DNA of 64,000 nucleotides from Phoronis australis (taxonomy: Eukaryota > Animalia > Phoronida), in the NCBI GenBank assembly GCA_002633005.1, contig NMRA01000181.1, positions 382,959-446,958 on the forward strand, in the 5' to 3' direction. The position numbers and the translations under genes were made by a program. Under the pieces are notes generated by a model. That model worked only from the letters and a program-made list of their open reading frames with translations, did not search any database and was not told where the DNA came from. This document shows positions 24,901 to 39,260 of this stretch, in pieces. How positions within the stretch are numbered: the stretch's first letter is position 1; each line of letters starts with the position of its first letter.

Positions 24901-27900
24901 CTTATCAACTAGTCTGTGTGGACAAATATCTGTAAAATTATAGATTTTAACCCCGGAAACTATTTATTTTCTGAAAATACAAGCCTGTAGAATTTGATGT
25001 TTAACTGTATACCCATCTACCATTAATTGGGTCACGCGACGAGGTGTTTTCAGTAAAATTTAGTAAAAAAGAAAGCTACAACCACAGCCAGGACTTGGAA
25101 TAAGGACTCGTGACAACAAAGGGGAAAATTTTCCAGGTGCTGTATCATTCTACAAATAAATAGGGTTATGTGGTAGAAATGTTTTTCGTGATGTAAAATT
25201 TAACTGCAAGAAACATTTTTGCATGAATAAAGTCAAAAAGATGAAAAATAAGGAAACTAGAAATCAAATAATAGGAAATCGAAACCAAAAAAGAGGAAAT
25301 CCTCTTAAAATTCCAAGCTCTGCATAGCAAATCAATAGTATAATTAATGTGACCTAATTTCATTTGATATATATAGTGAAGATGAAATCTCAAAAACGCT
25401 GTTACAGGTGTCTAAACAATCATTTCACTTTCATTTTTGATTTTGTTCATAAAAATATTAGAGTCCTATTTGTTGATAGCTCCTTATACAAAAGAGCGAT
25501 GTTTTAAAACAAATTCCTCAGTCAACACAGTTGAAAAGAACAGTGTTTTAAACAAGATATCTGAAAGTTTCATATGGATCTGGTCAGCCATTTCTCAGAT
25601 ATGATGTTCAGGAAGTATGGAAAATTCCCATATTTTTCCAGGGCCCAGCCATGACTGTCTCATAATTATACTCAATAGCCAATTGACGATGATAAGTCAT
25701 GTATGCATTCCACTATTCTTGATCATCAAGTGTACCAAATGCTAAAGAAAAGACCACCATTTATAGGATAATAAACTAGACTTGTAACAACACAATTATA
25801 CTATTTAACCTATTCTTGCCATAGCCAAAAATAGAAAAGGACACACCAGAGTATGCTATTAGCCTACACAAAGGAAAACTGGGATTTTACACATTAGGAG
25901 GGCCTTTAGTATGTTTCCTAGTGATTTAATAATCACCAAGCAAGTTAACCAATGGTGAAGTTCTTGCTTGTTTCTTTTATTAATTCATTCATTATGCTGC
26001 CATCCTTGAAAACACAACTAAACTTTTTGCTGCATGCCTGAAGAAAGGAGATTGTTTCGACACCAGAAGCGACTCGCTATCAAGCTTTAAAACAAAAGTT
26101 TAGTCGTGTTTTCAACAAAGTTTGTGTTTACGAAGAGCTGCTACCAAATTACAGTCACTATAATGACAAGTGGTTTCGAGTGAAGTCTGTGGTAGTTGTT
26201 GGTCAATGTAGTAAGTTTTTCAAGCTGGTCATAATTCACTCGACAATTTCTATTATAAGTGACCAGTCCCGGCCAAACATAAAATATACATCTTATTCAG
26301 ACCAAACAGTTTCCAAACCCAGGTATCATAACTTGCACACCAACAATTTACTGTGCTTCACAGAGATATGTCAGCCTGTATTTTATTGCGTAAATTCTAA
26401 TGACACAATTGACGCAAGTGTCAATGAAAGTAGCAGTGAGCAGGCAACCGACCACCTGTCAGGTAAACAAGGAGAAACTGATAATCAATACCACGATACC
26501 CAGCTGGACCTTAAGCAGTGTCTCCATGGTAACAAAGGCCAACGACATCACAACCACCAGGTGGCAGTTATGGGCACAGAAGTAAGATGTTAGTCTGAAC
26601 CTAAACGTGCATTTACCTGCTAAGCCAAAAATAGAGGGCACTATCTTGTTCGGTCAGATTACACCCGCTGCGTTATTTTCAGAAGAAAAAACAGAAGTGC
26701 CTCGATAACATGATGGTCCTGTCAGGAATAAGGTCACCATAACAACGGATTTTTCATGATGGCGGTTCTTACAGCAGTGAGAGTAGTGAGAGCAAGACAG
26801 CAACTTATGCACGATCCCAACTTCGTTTCGGTCGACAAATATGAATTCACTGCTACATAGTGGTTCGTTAATTTAAAGGACCCTCCCATTGTTCAGTTCC
26901 GTTCAGTTCACTTATTATTTTAGCTTTTTGACACCAGCTGGTCTCGAAATTCTCCCGCTGTATCAGTCGCAGCCATCGACTCTATAGCCAAAGATTCCTC
27001 TTCGAAGTAGGAAATGTATGTAACATGATGCCCTCCATCCATGGACGTTTTAAGAGGTTTGCCTTTTTTCGTAAGCCTTTAGTACATTCCAACCCGCATC
27101 AGTAAAAATTTGCCGGCATTATGATCCTTAGCAGGACAGGTGTTAAAACACTGTTTATACCAGTATGTTGGAACCTCCCATTCGCATTACATGGAATCTG
27201 TAGGTGGCGCTGAAGGCCTCTCAATCAAAAACCTGAGCCCCTTTGCATGAAACAGTCCCAGATTGGGACTCCACTAAGTTACCTATATTTACTGCATATT
27301 TGTGGGCCTTTGAAAACATTGATTGCAATGTCTTATTCTGTTTGAATCTCATTACTAAGTCAATTTTTGGCTTTGACATAAACCTAGACTGAACTATACG
27401 TCGAATTCTCAGTATTATTGAAAATAAGTAGAGATCTTTTCATACAATGACCCAAATATAAGGACTAAGTCCCTAATTGTTTTGACTGAATTAAGGGCTC
27501 AGTTTTTAGTTAATTATTAGAAAATGCCACTAGTCAAAGAAGAGTTCATAATAAAGATAAAATGATAAAAACATTACATCTGTGCTTAAAGAACTGAACA
27601 AATACGAAAAAGATTTAGGGACCTTAGTTGATTGAGACTGTTTCATCTAACCGGGCACTGATCACCGTTTGGTGAGATAGTGAATTTATTAGTGTGTGGC
27701 TATTTGGAAAATCAGCCATTGACTCAAAATGTTGACCACTCCTGGTTGACAACCAGATATGGGCCCTGGTAAAGAGCTGTTATTAGGATGGAATTGCATA
27801 ACTGGTGCCATTTGTGTCTGTTATGCAAGACTTTTATCATTGCACCTCCAACCTTGACTGCACATTCCAGAGTAGTCCTAACTCAATGCAATTCAATAAA

Positions 27901-28573
27901 CTTGTCAATATCTGGGATACACAACCATAACTGCATTTTGACACAGGATACAAAATTATTAGTTTCAAATATCTAACACATCAACTTTTAAGTGAAAACG
28001 AGAGGGTTATGTCAGTGATTTTGACACGATTCATGCTGCAAACAGTTCTTTGAAAACTCATATGGGTGTGTGTGCTAGTTTTATCAATATCCAGTTTCCA
28101 GTTGTGGGCTTGTCACCTAAGAAATGACTCTATTCGTCATAGTCTGGATAATTATTGAGTCTTATCTGGTGACTGGATCCAACCCTTGAAAGCTTCCACT
28201 GTACTTTTCCACTTTTAGGTGTAAGTGACATTATGTGTTATTTTTATGAAGTAATTTTAGTGGAGTGAAAAAGGAAGTCCTATAGAATTTATATTACCAG
28301 TATCCCCGAGAATTGAAAAATCTCATTTCAGGCATTATTGCAATTTATGCACAGTAAATAAGTGTTTTGAAATTTTCCCTTTTGGTTTTTTATGAGTAAG
28401 AACAGTTGATAAACATTAAATGTGGTGTATAAATTTATAGAAATGCTATTATGAAGAAAAACTTCCTAATCTCAAATCAAAAAGGGGCAAAATTTCACCT
28501 ATCCCTGCCAGGTATGACGCTCGAGAAAATTCACAGGAAAAAATTTCAGACGCGATCACATGATTACACTTAC

Positions 28574-28765
28574 CTGCCAGACTCCACCTGGAGCCTTCTT
28601 TCCAAGCACAACATGGGGTATAGCGTTGCCCGATTCCTTCCGCCAGGTCACATGGCTAGGTGTCTCTAGTCCCAAGTCTGCCTCAGGATGCGTAATGGAG
28701 TCGAACAAAAGAGCAACGGGGTTGGAGGATCGGCCCTCTAGACCTTCACACAGATATTCCAAGTC
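28574..28765 (-). CDS. OSGIN: OSGIN exon
   Basis: tttcag|GAC...CAG|gtaagt, 192 nt. Encodes DLEYLCEGLEGRSSNPVALLFDSITHPEADLG...IPHVVLGKKAPGGVWQ. Confidence 0.95.
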
Positions 28766-31299
28766 CTGAAATGAGCAAAAAGGAAAGAAAGACTATATGA
28801 GAAAAGATTTCTTCACTTCTAGTGAATCTTTTGTGTCATTTCATGAAACGTGCAGTGCATAATACACTATTGGCAGAAACGCACTGCATCTATACCCAAT
28901 AACACACATATTCGGCTAAACATCCAGACGCAACTTTCAAGAAATTTCACTTCTAAGTGATCATGTTTTGTTGAGTTACGTATTGCCCAGTCTCCTGATT
29001 TTTATCGTCTAACATTATATTAGTCCAATCAGGTAAGGTATTAGGTTATATTTTTAATGGTGTCGAACACTTCTAGGGGTAAGCGCAAAAATGAATCCTC
29101 CGAAACATCAGTTGTCAAAATTTATATTTTTATTCGAACCGCAGGTACTTTTATGAAAAGATCGATGTTCTTCTAACTGTGCTGAGCCAAAGTAATGACT
29201 GAACTTTCAATATATTTTTGATATCTTTGAACAAAAAAACGTTAGAAATATTCTTGTTTTTCTAATTACAAACTTCAAACTTAAAATAATAATTTGAAAG
29301 TGACCATTTCTGTAATCCTACACATTTTGTTACTCAAGAGAAAATGCAAATTGATAAAGTAAACCAAAAAAGGAACAAAATACTCATGACCTGCGCTGCC
29401 CATGAATGCCATTATGTGCTCAACAGCTTCATACCGTGGATATACCACTCCTCGCAACAGTTCGTTTGCTTTCCCCAGGATCCATTTTCATAGTGAGGCT
29501 CTATATGGTATCAGACTCTAAGAAATATGATGAAAATACATCATAAGAAAATCTGAAGCTGTGGTAATCTTGCTAGGACTTCTGCCGTGATGGCTGTGTG
29601 CTTCTGGGACCGCAATACGCTTAAGCCCAACTGCATTTTATGACGCTATCCACAGTTATACAAGGATCACTTTAAAAAATTGCGGCTATGGGTCAAGTGA
29701 CACACAGGGCCTCAAAAATATGGGTTAGTTTGGAGGACCTGTCGATCACATTAACACTTTTTGTCTTTTGTCCATTCGGAATCTTTTCGAACTGAGGAGG
29801 CGTTTCCTACCAGCTCAATAATTTATGTGGCTACAACAACCTCCAGCAGGTAGGCAGAGGCACGAAACGGCGGTGAAAAATTTCCGTGCATATGACAACG
29901 AGGCAGGATGAACTCCTAATATTATACCTGGGTATGTGATCTGTTTACATAAAAAACCAGGCACCGGTTTATTAATAGTTTGCAGAGCAAATAGTCACCC
30001 AGGCAATGTAAGAAAAGCTAATATTAGCTACGCCACTTAGACACATAAAAGGAATGCTGAGAGTTCAGTACTAAAGGGTTCCATCTTCAGCTATACCCTA
30101 ATTGTGCTTAAGTAAAATTAGAATTTAAAGCCAAATTCATTATAAGTATACCTTTCCTATGTGAAACCCACAGCAAAATTACTTTGTGAACATTCTTACG
30201 AAACACTTTTTCATTGATTGATCACGTGCGGCAAATTTATAGCTGCAGTACAACATTGAAAAACTGCCATAAAATTTCAGCAATTTCAAACAAAGCCAAT
30301 TGCTTTTTATTTTTCAGAGGCTTCTAACATTGGTTTGAGTGTCCCCAATTTTTCAGAATCATTGTCACGTGGAAGCTATGGTATAGATCTTTTTACAGAA
30401 AAAGATGAATTTCATTTGTTGGCAATATTGAGCCCTAAATTGGCAAGATTTCACTAATGTTCAATAAACACTGAATGAAATGACAGCAGTAATCAGTCAC
30501 GTCTGTATGTCAGTCCTAAACTGTGCAACTCTTAACTCGGTAAGACAAGAATTCTGAAGAAAAACTTGAGAAGCAAAGAAGCTCCACTTGGCTATTCTGA
30601 TTCACTATGAAAATGCAGTTCCAGTTCTTTAGTTGATGTCATATGAAAGGCTTTCGTTTTGTGCATGAGGGTAGAATTGAGTTGCCGTAGTGTTTACATT
30701 CGCAATTGATTTCACTGAACCAGATGTCAACCACATTTGTTTTTCCCTTAATGGTAATCCTGGTCCACTATAACACAGACAGGGACTATATTCCCTCAAT
30801 TTTTAATTTAATATAATATTTTATTGATCCTCTCCTCTGGCTCAGTTAAAATGTCATCCTGTCTATCAATATAATGTTTTTAGTATTCTAAGATTTTCAA
30901 TCCATTTGGATAACACGTGATCATCCTTGCTAAAGTTCAACATTGAAAAAATATAATGCAAGCTGTTTTTATGGTTACACAGTAGGCGCATGTACGTATT
31001 TGTAAAACTATACGTGTAGATCTATATGTATTGAACTGTAGCTATTGATTAAATTTATAAGAATTACTAAAGTTGTAAGGCCAAAAAAGCATGGTTGATG
31101 CTGAGTAGAAATCCGTACACACAAAGATATCGCTAAGGAGGTTAGTGTGACCACAGGCTTTGCTTGTAATTATGTAGCAATGCCTTGAAAGAAAGATCAA
31201 TGTTGACTATTTTGTCTGAAATTGCAAAGGGATTTTAGGAAATTAGGTCGCAAGCTCGTTGCATAGATATCGATAGATAGGCTTATCCATTGTTCACTT

Positions 31300-31545
31300 T
31301 GTTTTTCATTCTTATAATAACGATAATGGCAAGCGTTTATCGGTAACGGGCTGATGTGCGCCCACGGTACGATATCCATGCGACCTGTATAGTCATGTCC
31401 AACAAAGACGCAACAAAGGAAAACAACGGAAGAGTCCAATGGACGATAACCGTGCGACATGCTTATGCCCGTCGCATGGATATCGCAAATTAAACAATAC
31501 CTTGCGACCTCCATACCACGTCATTCGACATGGGATAACAACAAG
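31300..31545. mobile_element. Short non-autonomous element with an internal inverted repeat (unclassified)
   Basis: gatatccatgcgac (31371-31384) vs gtcgcatggatatc (31471-31484), in a CpG-rich patch within an AT-rich intron. Confidence 0.4.
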
Positions 31546-32315
31546 ACTCCTTTTCGGTATTCAGCTCGACAGACCTACAGGTTTCTCATATAAAACAAAG
31601 TGACTTGGGCAACCTGCCCAAACAACAGATGTTTGAATCAACACGGATCAACGCAAAAGGAAGTGAATTAAATTAAAAACGAAGACACAATAATCGCAAA
31701 ATTTAAATCACAAACTTTAAAATATTATTACAGACTTTTATTTGAATTCAGGTATTTCTAGATGCCAGGCACATTCCGATTTCTAAACGAGTTTGTCTGC
31801 ATGTACCTATAGTAACGGATGGTCTACAGATCTGGGCAAACACTTCCCTGGCTAGAACAGCTTTGTCACAGAGCAAGAATATCTCACTTTCAAGACAGTA
31901 AACACAACATCTATTGCCTTAATTAGCAGTTGTTGCTAGGCAACACCGCACACTTCACAGCACATCAGCTTTAAACTCCAACTCTAGGAACACAATGCAT
32001 TGCAGTTTATTTACAAAGAACAACCAAAAAGGCAAGCAATGAGAGATTTATGAGTCCTCTCACTTCTCATTGCTGTTTTGATAGTCAGTGGCAGTTTTAC
32101 AACTATCAACATCACCTGACTGTCATGTTTATTACCTGTATTTAAATCAGAAGCAGTTAACCTTGCAACTAATGGTTCAGGTCACTAATCACTACAAAAT
32201 AAGTCTTGTTTTGCCCCTTACTCGACAAATATCTTGGTTTGTTATTTATTCAAACCAAACTCACATGACCCGAAACCTTCTCAAACCAAGAAATTACATC
32301 TATTCAATTTGAGGC

Positions 32316-32419
32316 AATAGTTTGATATAACGTGCCCGTATTTTGAGAACCAGGTTGATGCCCGTTATTCAGTGGAGAAAACTGCTTCTCAAAATTCGGG
32401 CACGTTATATCAAACCATT
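32316..32419. mobile_element. ~100-bp MITE with ~34-bp TIRs
   Basis: aatagtttgatataacgtgcccgtattttgagaa vs ttctcaaaattcgggcacgttatatcaaaccatt. Confidence 0.8.
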
Positions 32420-33186
32420 TCACAATTTGAGACCAAGTTCATAATGACAAGTAGTATCCAATACTTAATTTTTACAGAAAGCATCGTTCTGCTTCAGATT
32501 GAAGCAATATCACCAGTGAACGTTATGAAACATGCAAAAGAAACTACGGCCACACTGCCCTCACTACCCCTCAACATTACAACATTACAACATTACTTGA
32601 GTCAACTAGCTTAACTCAAAACATGCAATTTGGAACCACTAAATCAATCAAGTAGGTTTGCTGTAACTGCCTGCCTAGTCAATTATTCCCTACTCAATTA
32701 TTCTACCCACTAACTGCACACATTTTTAATAGTTGCCAGTAGCTCGCCATAAAAAATGTCAAAACATGAAACCTTGGTAAGAATACAGATTCAAAAAGTT
32801 TGACATCAACGTGTCCCTTTTAGTTCATGGCCAAGCCGTATAACTTGAGAAACTCAACAAACACCAATTGATGTACATTACCTAAAGTAGCGCAGAACAA
32901 GGATATTCACTTTTTTGTTTGAAAAACCTCCAAGCAGTGGAGTAAAATGGAAAGAGAACATTAATTTTAAGGATATGGTGTATCTATAAGGCAATTCCCT
33001 CTAGCTCCGAAACTTCGGTGTTAGTGAAGTTTCAGTAAATGGCACACACAACTTCGGTCTTGGATCGAAGTTAACAGAGGGAGTTTACTCCGAAGTAAAG
33101 AGGTTTATTCAACAGCGAAGTGTCTACAGCTCGAAACAATGAGAACGCTTAACGAATATGCAAAGCAAAAGAGGGGTGCTAGTTAC

Positions 33187-33320
33187 CTGCAGCACAATGG
33201 GTGTGTCAATCTTCTCGTCCAACTTGCTGTTGAGGTAGTAATTTGGATGGGGGGTTCCATTGAAATAAGGTGTGTAGCCACTGAGGAAATAGGACAAGCT
33301 AATCCCTGCTGGCCCGTTAC
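33187..33320 (-). CDS. OSGIN: OSGIN exon
   Basis: cttcag|GT AAC GGG CCA...CAG|gtaact. Encodes GNGPAGISLSYFLSGYTPYFNGTPHPNYYLNSKLDEKIDTPIVLQ (N-terminal FAD-binding GxGPxG). Not in the ORF track. Confidence 0.94.
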
Positions 33321-33807
33321 CTGAAGAAAAATGAACGCTATCTTACAAACAGCTTCTAACGTGAGTCACAGTTCAAGTTTGCTGCAAAATAGGCCATATC
33401 TAGTTTTTACACTTGAGTTTATGTCTACTGTTGTCAATGAAATGTGGTGTCGCACGCTAATATTCAAAGCCATTATTACGAAAACTCAATGTAACATTAT
33501 TCAATTTAATAAAATCAATTGCATATTTGAAATTAAAATAATATATGAATCTTTTGTAAATTAGCCAAGGTCGTAAAATGATTTGTTTCACAGCTCATTT
33601 ACAAAATGTGCAAAAACTCCCTTGCTAGTTAGATTCAGAATTGCTCAATCCAGTTTTATGTCAATAGCAAAAACCGTGGTGGTACGTTCACAAAGAGTGT
33701 ACATTAGTTGTGACTTATGTTATTGAAAATGAAATTTATTTTTATTAGTAAGTCCTCTTTTAATGACCTTTGCCAAAAATACTTACACAGACCTTTTGTA
33801 AATACAG

Positions 33808-33995
33808 AGGAGGCAGTGTGGCCTAGTGGGATACGTGTTCACTCAAGGGCATGGGTAGGAGTCCCAGTGAGGCACACTGCTCAACCCTTGAAGTAAGTCT
33901 CTAGCTCCTCAGCTCTGTTTTAAGTATATTTATAAAGAAATGCTTCCAGGTGATCAGTGTGATGAGTCCACCCTGGTTGCCTATGCACGTTTGGT
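33808..33995 (+). mobile_element. Decayed tRNA-derived SINE
   Basis: A-box-like ggcagtgtggcctagtgg, an eroded B-box, then a SINE-core-like tail (cccttgaagtaagtc...gtccaccctgg). Confidence 0.5.
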
Positions 33996-34394
33996 ATAGT
34001 GTGTACCAGATTGCCTTCAATTATTTTTAGTTGTAAATATAATGTATACAAGTATAAAAGCAATAACAACCTGTGTATTTTTATTAAAATCTGAAGAAAG
34101 ATGCAAATCTATTGTCAGAAATGTAAAATGTTTGCCCATGTATACATAATTGCTTATATGTTATGTTTTGCTAGTGGCTTTTTATGTACCAGAAATACAT
34201 AGATTGTACTGTATTGTATTCAAACACAGTAACTGTGAACAGAAAATAACAATAACAGGCCAACACAATAAGATTAGACCTGAAAATGGCTACATAGTTG
34301 GCATCAAAGAGTTGGCAGTAAGAGGTTGCACTGAAGGTGGCGCTGCAATTAGTAGTGTTGTCTGCTACAAATCAGCTGACCAGTCGCTGTTTTT

Positions 34395-35103
34395 CCGACC
34401 CGTCTCCAACCAGTCTAACAAAATTCACGACCTGCGGTATTATTTTACAAAAATACGACTCCGTGTATGGATAAAAAATCTCAAGAACTATTTATGGAAA
34501 GGATGACAAACCTCTGTGCTCTCATTGTGTACAATCTCGTTTTTTGTATATATCTTACAATAAAATCCAAGTGTTTTTGTGATTTCATTGGAAATTGCCA
34601 CTTATAATCAGTTGCCTCTCAGACATTCACGAAAATCAGGCCCAGTCATTTTACCAGTCAACTACACTTACAGTAAAATCTGACTAGTTTAGGACATAAT
34701 ATGGCGGGCAAGCTAAATTTTATTTTTGAATTTTTTATTGAAGGATATGNCCGACCCGTCTCCAACCAGTCTAACAAAATTCACGACCTGCGGTATTATT
34801 TTACAAAAATACGACTCCGTGTATGGATAAAAAATCTCAAGAACTATTTATGGAAAGGATGACAAACCTCTGTGCTCTCATTGTGTACAATCTCGTTTTT
34901 TGTATATATCTTACAATAAAATCCAAGTGTTTTTGTGATTTCATTGGAAATTGCCACTTATAATCAGTTGCCTCTCAGACATTCACGAAAATCAGGCCGT
35001 CATTTTACCAGTCAACTACACTTACAGTAAAATCTGACTAGTTTAGGACATAATATGGCGGGCAAGCTAAATTTTATTTTTGAATTTTTTATTGAAGGAT
35101 ATG
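34395..35103. repeat. ~355-bp near-identical tandem duplication around a single N (assembly overlap artefact)
   Basis: 34395-34749 equals 34751-35103 apart from a 2-bp indel; N at 34750. Confidence 0.93.
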
Positions 35104-36870
35104 TAGCAATAGAGTAATTGCCTTTTCTTGTTCATGGTGTACCAAAGCTACCACCAGACGATTTTGAGGAAAACTGTAGACATTCCCAACAAGAAGCCGT
35201 TGAATGGTGACAACAAAAGTGCTATTTTGGTAATTATATTGGTCCGAAATTGGCGAGATATTACCGTAAAACACTCTGCTACTAAGTTCAGGCAGCAGCG
35301 CATTTGATTAAGACTGATTCTGCGCTGGGGCTTATCTCAGAAAAAGATTCTTTGCGGACAATGTCAATTTAACATAGTACTGCTGTACACAAAGTACTTT
35401 ATAGACAACTGGCTATATCCCACTATTTGGTCTTCCATTGACCAAAGTTGAAGCATACATTAGCGACAGAAAGTTACAACCTTCTATGTCACACCATTAG
35501 CAATTCCTACTTGTAGTTGAATGCAATTAATATGGGGAGGACTATTCACTTACAGGCAAACATAAGGTGTAGGACATTAACCACAATTGTCTGGATTTAG
35601 CCAACCAATGGGAAAGCAGATAAGAAATCAGTGCATTTTTTAAATGGAACTGTTTTTCAAATCATCAGAGTTACCAGTGTGTATGAAAGCCAGTCAGTTG
35701 TACCTTATACCCTCAGTCTCCAGAAATATACTACGTGCAGACTGCTGCAAATATTTGAAAAGGTTACATTCACACCACTTCAAATAAGTGGCACAGCCTT
35801 TTATAACCTTAGTTGCAAAAATATTACCTTGAGCATTAACATTGAGCCCAATCAGACTGAAGAAGTATTGCAACAAGACATTGAACGGCAATAACCGTTA
35901 TTTCCGCACCAACACTTTTTGGGTGATAAATTTCAATCTACGTTCAATTTTAGTCCAAGGCAGTAATAACCTCGGCCGAAGTGAAGAACGTTGATAACAG
36001 ACAATCGAGAGAAATACATGAAAACATGTACCGGTAGTGCTAGATGAATGCATTTCTATGCAAGTTGTGCACCATAGCTACAGACAATATTTTGAAAAAA
36101 AATTGCAGCATTCATAAGAATGTTAAAACTCCTAGAAAATTGAAATAAAAATAATTTCTTTAATTGGTTTTATCCAAAAGTAGTGAAATTTCATTATAAG
36201 CCATAAAAATTATTCTGTTTCAAAGAGCTGTTCAACCGAATCCAAGGTCTCAGTTCAGTTGCCTTGGTCCGGGGTCAAAACAGACGTGGAATTTAATCAT
36301 TGAAACATTGAAAATTTGATATCCAGCAGTAAACAGTGTCTTTTCTGGTGCTTGGGACTGTTAAGCAAAGGCTTATACAATTAATAGGTGCCTGGATAGA
36401 AATTAAAAATTTTGTAAACTGTAAACCATTCATTATGTTAGTTTAGCAATGCGCTGAAAAATGCTGTCACTTACCTCACAGGAAGTAGATGTTTAATGCT
36501 AATTTGTTACAAATAAATTAGCATTAAACTTCACAATATACAAATTATAAAACAGAAAATACGTGCACAGTAGAACAAAATGATATAAGAGCAAATTTTT
36601 ATTGTTTAGCACACCCTGAGTTATTTAAATTGCTTTCCAAAAGCTAAGAAGAATCCCAGAAAGTACACCGCAGACACTATTGGTAATGCCCATCACGGTT
36701 CAAGAAACAGAGCTGGAATCCATTTCTGACAACTGACACAAAAGTTTCTAGAGCAGTAAACCCAGTAGTGAAGGGATTACAAAGAGCATTGATAGATGAA
36801 TGGTTGTGAAAAACTGCACTGTCATCTCAGCTCACTGAAGTACTTGAGGGAACACAGCAGTAACGCTTAC

Positions 36871-36946
36871 CAACTATAATCACATCAGTGTATTTCACAG
36901 GCTCCTGATTCCCTATGCCACCAGCTAGCTCAAAGTACTCTGCCAT
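36871..36946 (-). CDS. OSGIN: OSGIN first coding exon (the exon extends as 5' UTR to 37007)
   Basis: ATG at 36946, preceded by an in-frame TAG. Encodes MAEYFELAGGIGNQEPVKYTDVIIV-G|gtaagc, which joins to give VIIVGNGPAG. Strong acceptor cttttttctttcacag at 37008. Spliced CDS is 76+134+192+86+1003 = 1491 nt (496 aa). Confidence 0.9.
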
Positions 36947-37674
36947 CTAGTGACTACTTGGGGGATGAAGATGCAATCAGTCACTGCCATGTGCATGCTA
37001 CATCACGCTGTGAAAGAAAAAAGAATATACTGGTACTAGTGCAGGCAGACATCAATGTAAACTCTGCAGTCATTTTCGTCATCTCAGATCTTGTACAACC
37101 CAAATTGACTCCAGTCATTTCTTTTAAGCAAACTGGGACATTTTGTGCTTTTGTTTTTAGCTCCATGCATTTATTCCAAGTCTTATCACACAAAGTTACC
37201 AGAGTATGGACAGTGGAGTTTTGAGCATGCACATGAATTTTGTAAGTTTTCAAGTCCAATTTTCAGTTGTGGAGAACACATACTGCATCAAATGCACCAA
37301 TTTGCATTGTCCATTTGCAATATTTACCCACAATTCTGTATTTTCAACAATCAATTCAGATCGGGTGAAGCCATTTTTAACTTATGCGCCCAATTAAGTA
37401 TCTACTGACTGGGACAACTGAACAGAACTAATTTGCACGTGACATGGGGTCGAGGGACACACATATTATAAGGACATTTAACGGGACTGCAAATATTTGT
37501 GAACATCCAGTCAATAGATCAGAATTTAATTAATGCACAAAAGAAATGTTTTATTTCAAATGTGAAGGCAAAACTTTCCAAACATGTCTAACCTAATTTG
37601 GACTTTCAATAGCTTTAGACTATAAAAAGAGGGCACTAAAATATGCAGCAGACGATTTGGCGCTTGTCTTTCTT

Positions 37675-37982
37675 TAAGCAACACGTAGCCCCACGGCTGG
37701 TTGTCTAGGGACTCCACATCAGTTTCTGCACTAATCTCATCCCATGTATTTTAAACGGGCGGTAGTCCAAATTCAGTCACCGAATAAGAGGTTTTCACCT
37801 AGTCAAAAATGCAGTTTACACTGTCTTAACAATGCCACTAAAAGTGTTTACTCTTCAGCGTTCATCCTTGCTATACATATCCTCGATGAAGCATGTCTGC
37901 AGGAATTATGACTTTGACAAAGAATTTTGGTCATCGTTAACTTTTTCACCACCCACACGAAGTATTTCAACTGGCACGTGAC
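37675..37982. mobile_element. Inverted, diverged copy of the 6435-6765 element arm (TTAA-flanked, Kolobok-like end)
   Basis: ttaa-gcaacacgtagcccc is the reverse complement of ggggctacgtgttgc at ~6748. Collinear blocks tcgatgaagcat, ttaactttttcacca and aagtatttcaactg are shared. Confidence 0.65.
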
Positions 37983-39260
37983 AATTGCAAAAAAGTAGCA
38001 TGATAAGATATCCAGTGGAATTCGTAAGATTTTTGTCCCTTGGCTCTGACTTTTTGTTCGTCAAACAGGCATGATTTCACGTAACCTCCTCAAAATGGCA
38101 CATAGTGAAGGATGCTCGAGCGAATAGCATTAGATTTTCACTGATATGTTCAAATTACCTTGACTAAATTGTTTCCAGAGTCAAGGTATATGTGTTAACT
38201 ACAACTCAATGTGTATATGCAAACTTCATTCGATCTTATTTTCTGAATTTTGAGATAAATAACTTTTACAGGGGCATATCGACTCTGTACGCTCGTGGCA
38301 TACACGCGGCGAAATAACTGCCTACTAGTAGGCTCTAGTCTTTCGACAGACCATGCAGACACAATAGAACTGAGCTGTCTGGGGTCTAATCACAAAATCA
38401 AACTTGATTTTCCACTCTAAAAAACAAATATTTATCAATCTATTCATAACTCTGTGAGTATGGTTTACGTAAATGACTATTTGTCACCATAGTTTCCACT
38501 TGATGAACGACTCCAGCATTTAAGTGGAGCTTGCATGCTAAATTCCTTATCTCTGTGATTGCTTGTTCAAACTTGTTAGAAACGCAACACACAGCGATGA
38601 TGTGAACAATGAAAATTGCGAAATGCTTTTAAGAATGAGTTTTGAGTCAAAAATTATCCCTCGCAAATCACTCAACCATGTCCAATAAGTATCGTGACGT
38701 GATGTTGGGCAATAACACTGCATGATGTCATGATGCCAGTTATGTGAGCCCCCCAAGGAACATCATTATTGCAAACTGCAAAGGTCATCAATTTGCAGTT
38801 TTTTTTGTTTTCACATTTACAAATTGTCAATGAATACACTACAATTGCACTTTGTTTAGCGTAGATAATGTTCAAATATCATTGTCGTTTAGTTCATGTT
38901 ATACATTAGCAGTTAGGAATATGTTGATAATCTTTAAAGCCGCAAGTTTCAGTCTAAACTTGAAATATTTCAAGTTTTTACTCGAAATCTCACTCTCATT
39001 AGTAACCAGAAACTTATCCGCGTAAACTATACTCAAGCACAGAATAATAGACACTTGCCTACAGTGGATTGAGTTCGTACTAAAACAGGACGAAAATCAA
39101 AAATAATTTCGAGTGCAATTTCAAGCAGGCACTAAAAAATTAGAACTCAGATCCAGGTGACAATTCGCAAACCTAGCACCGGTCGCACACTACATGCAGA
39201 GCAGCGCGTATTTTTATTTCAGGAACCATTTGTTTTCTAATCTGATTATCCGTTACTCAC

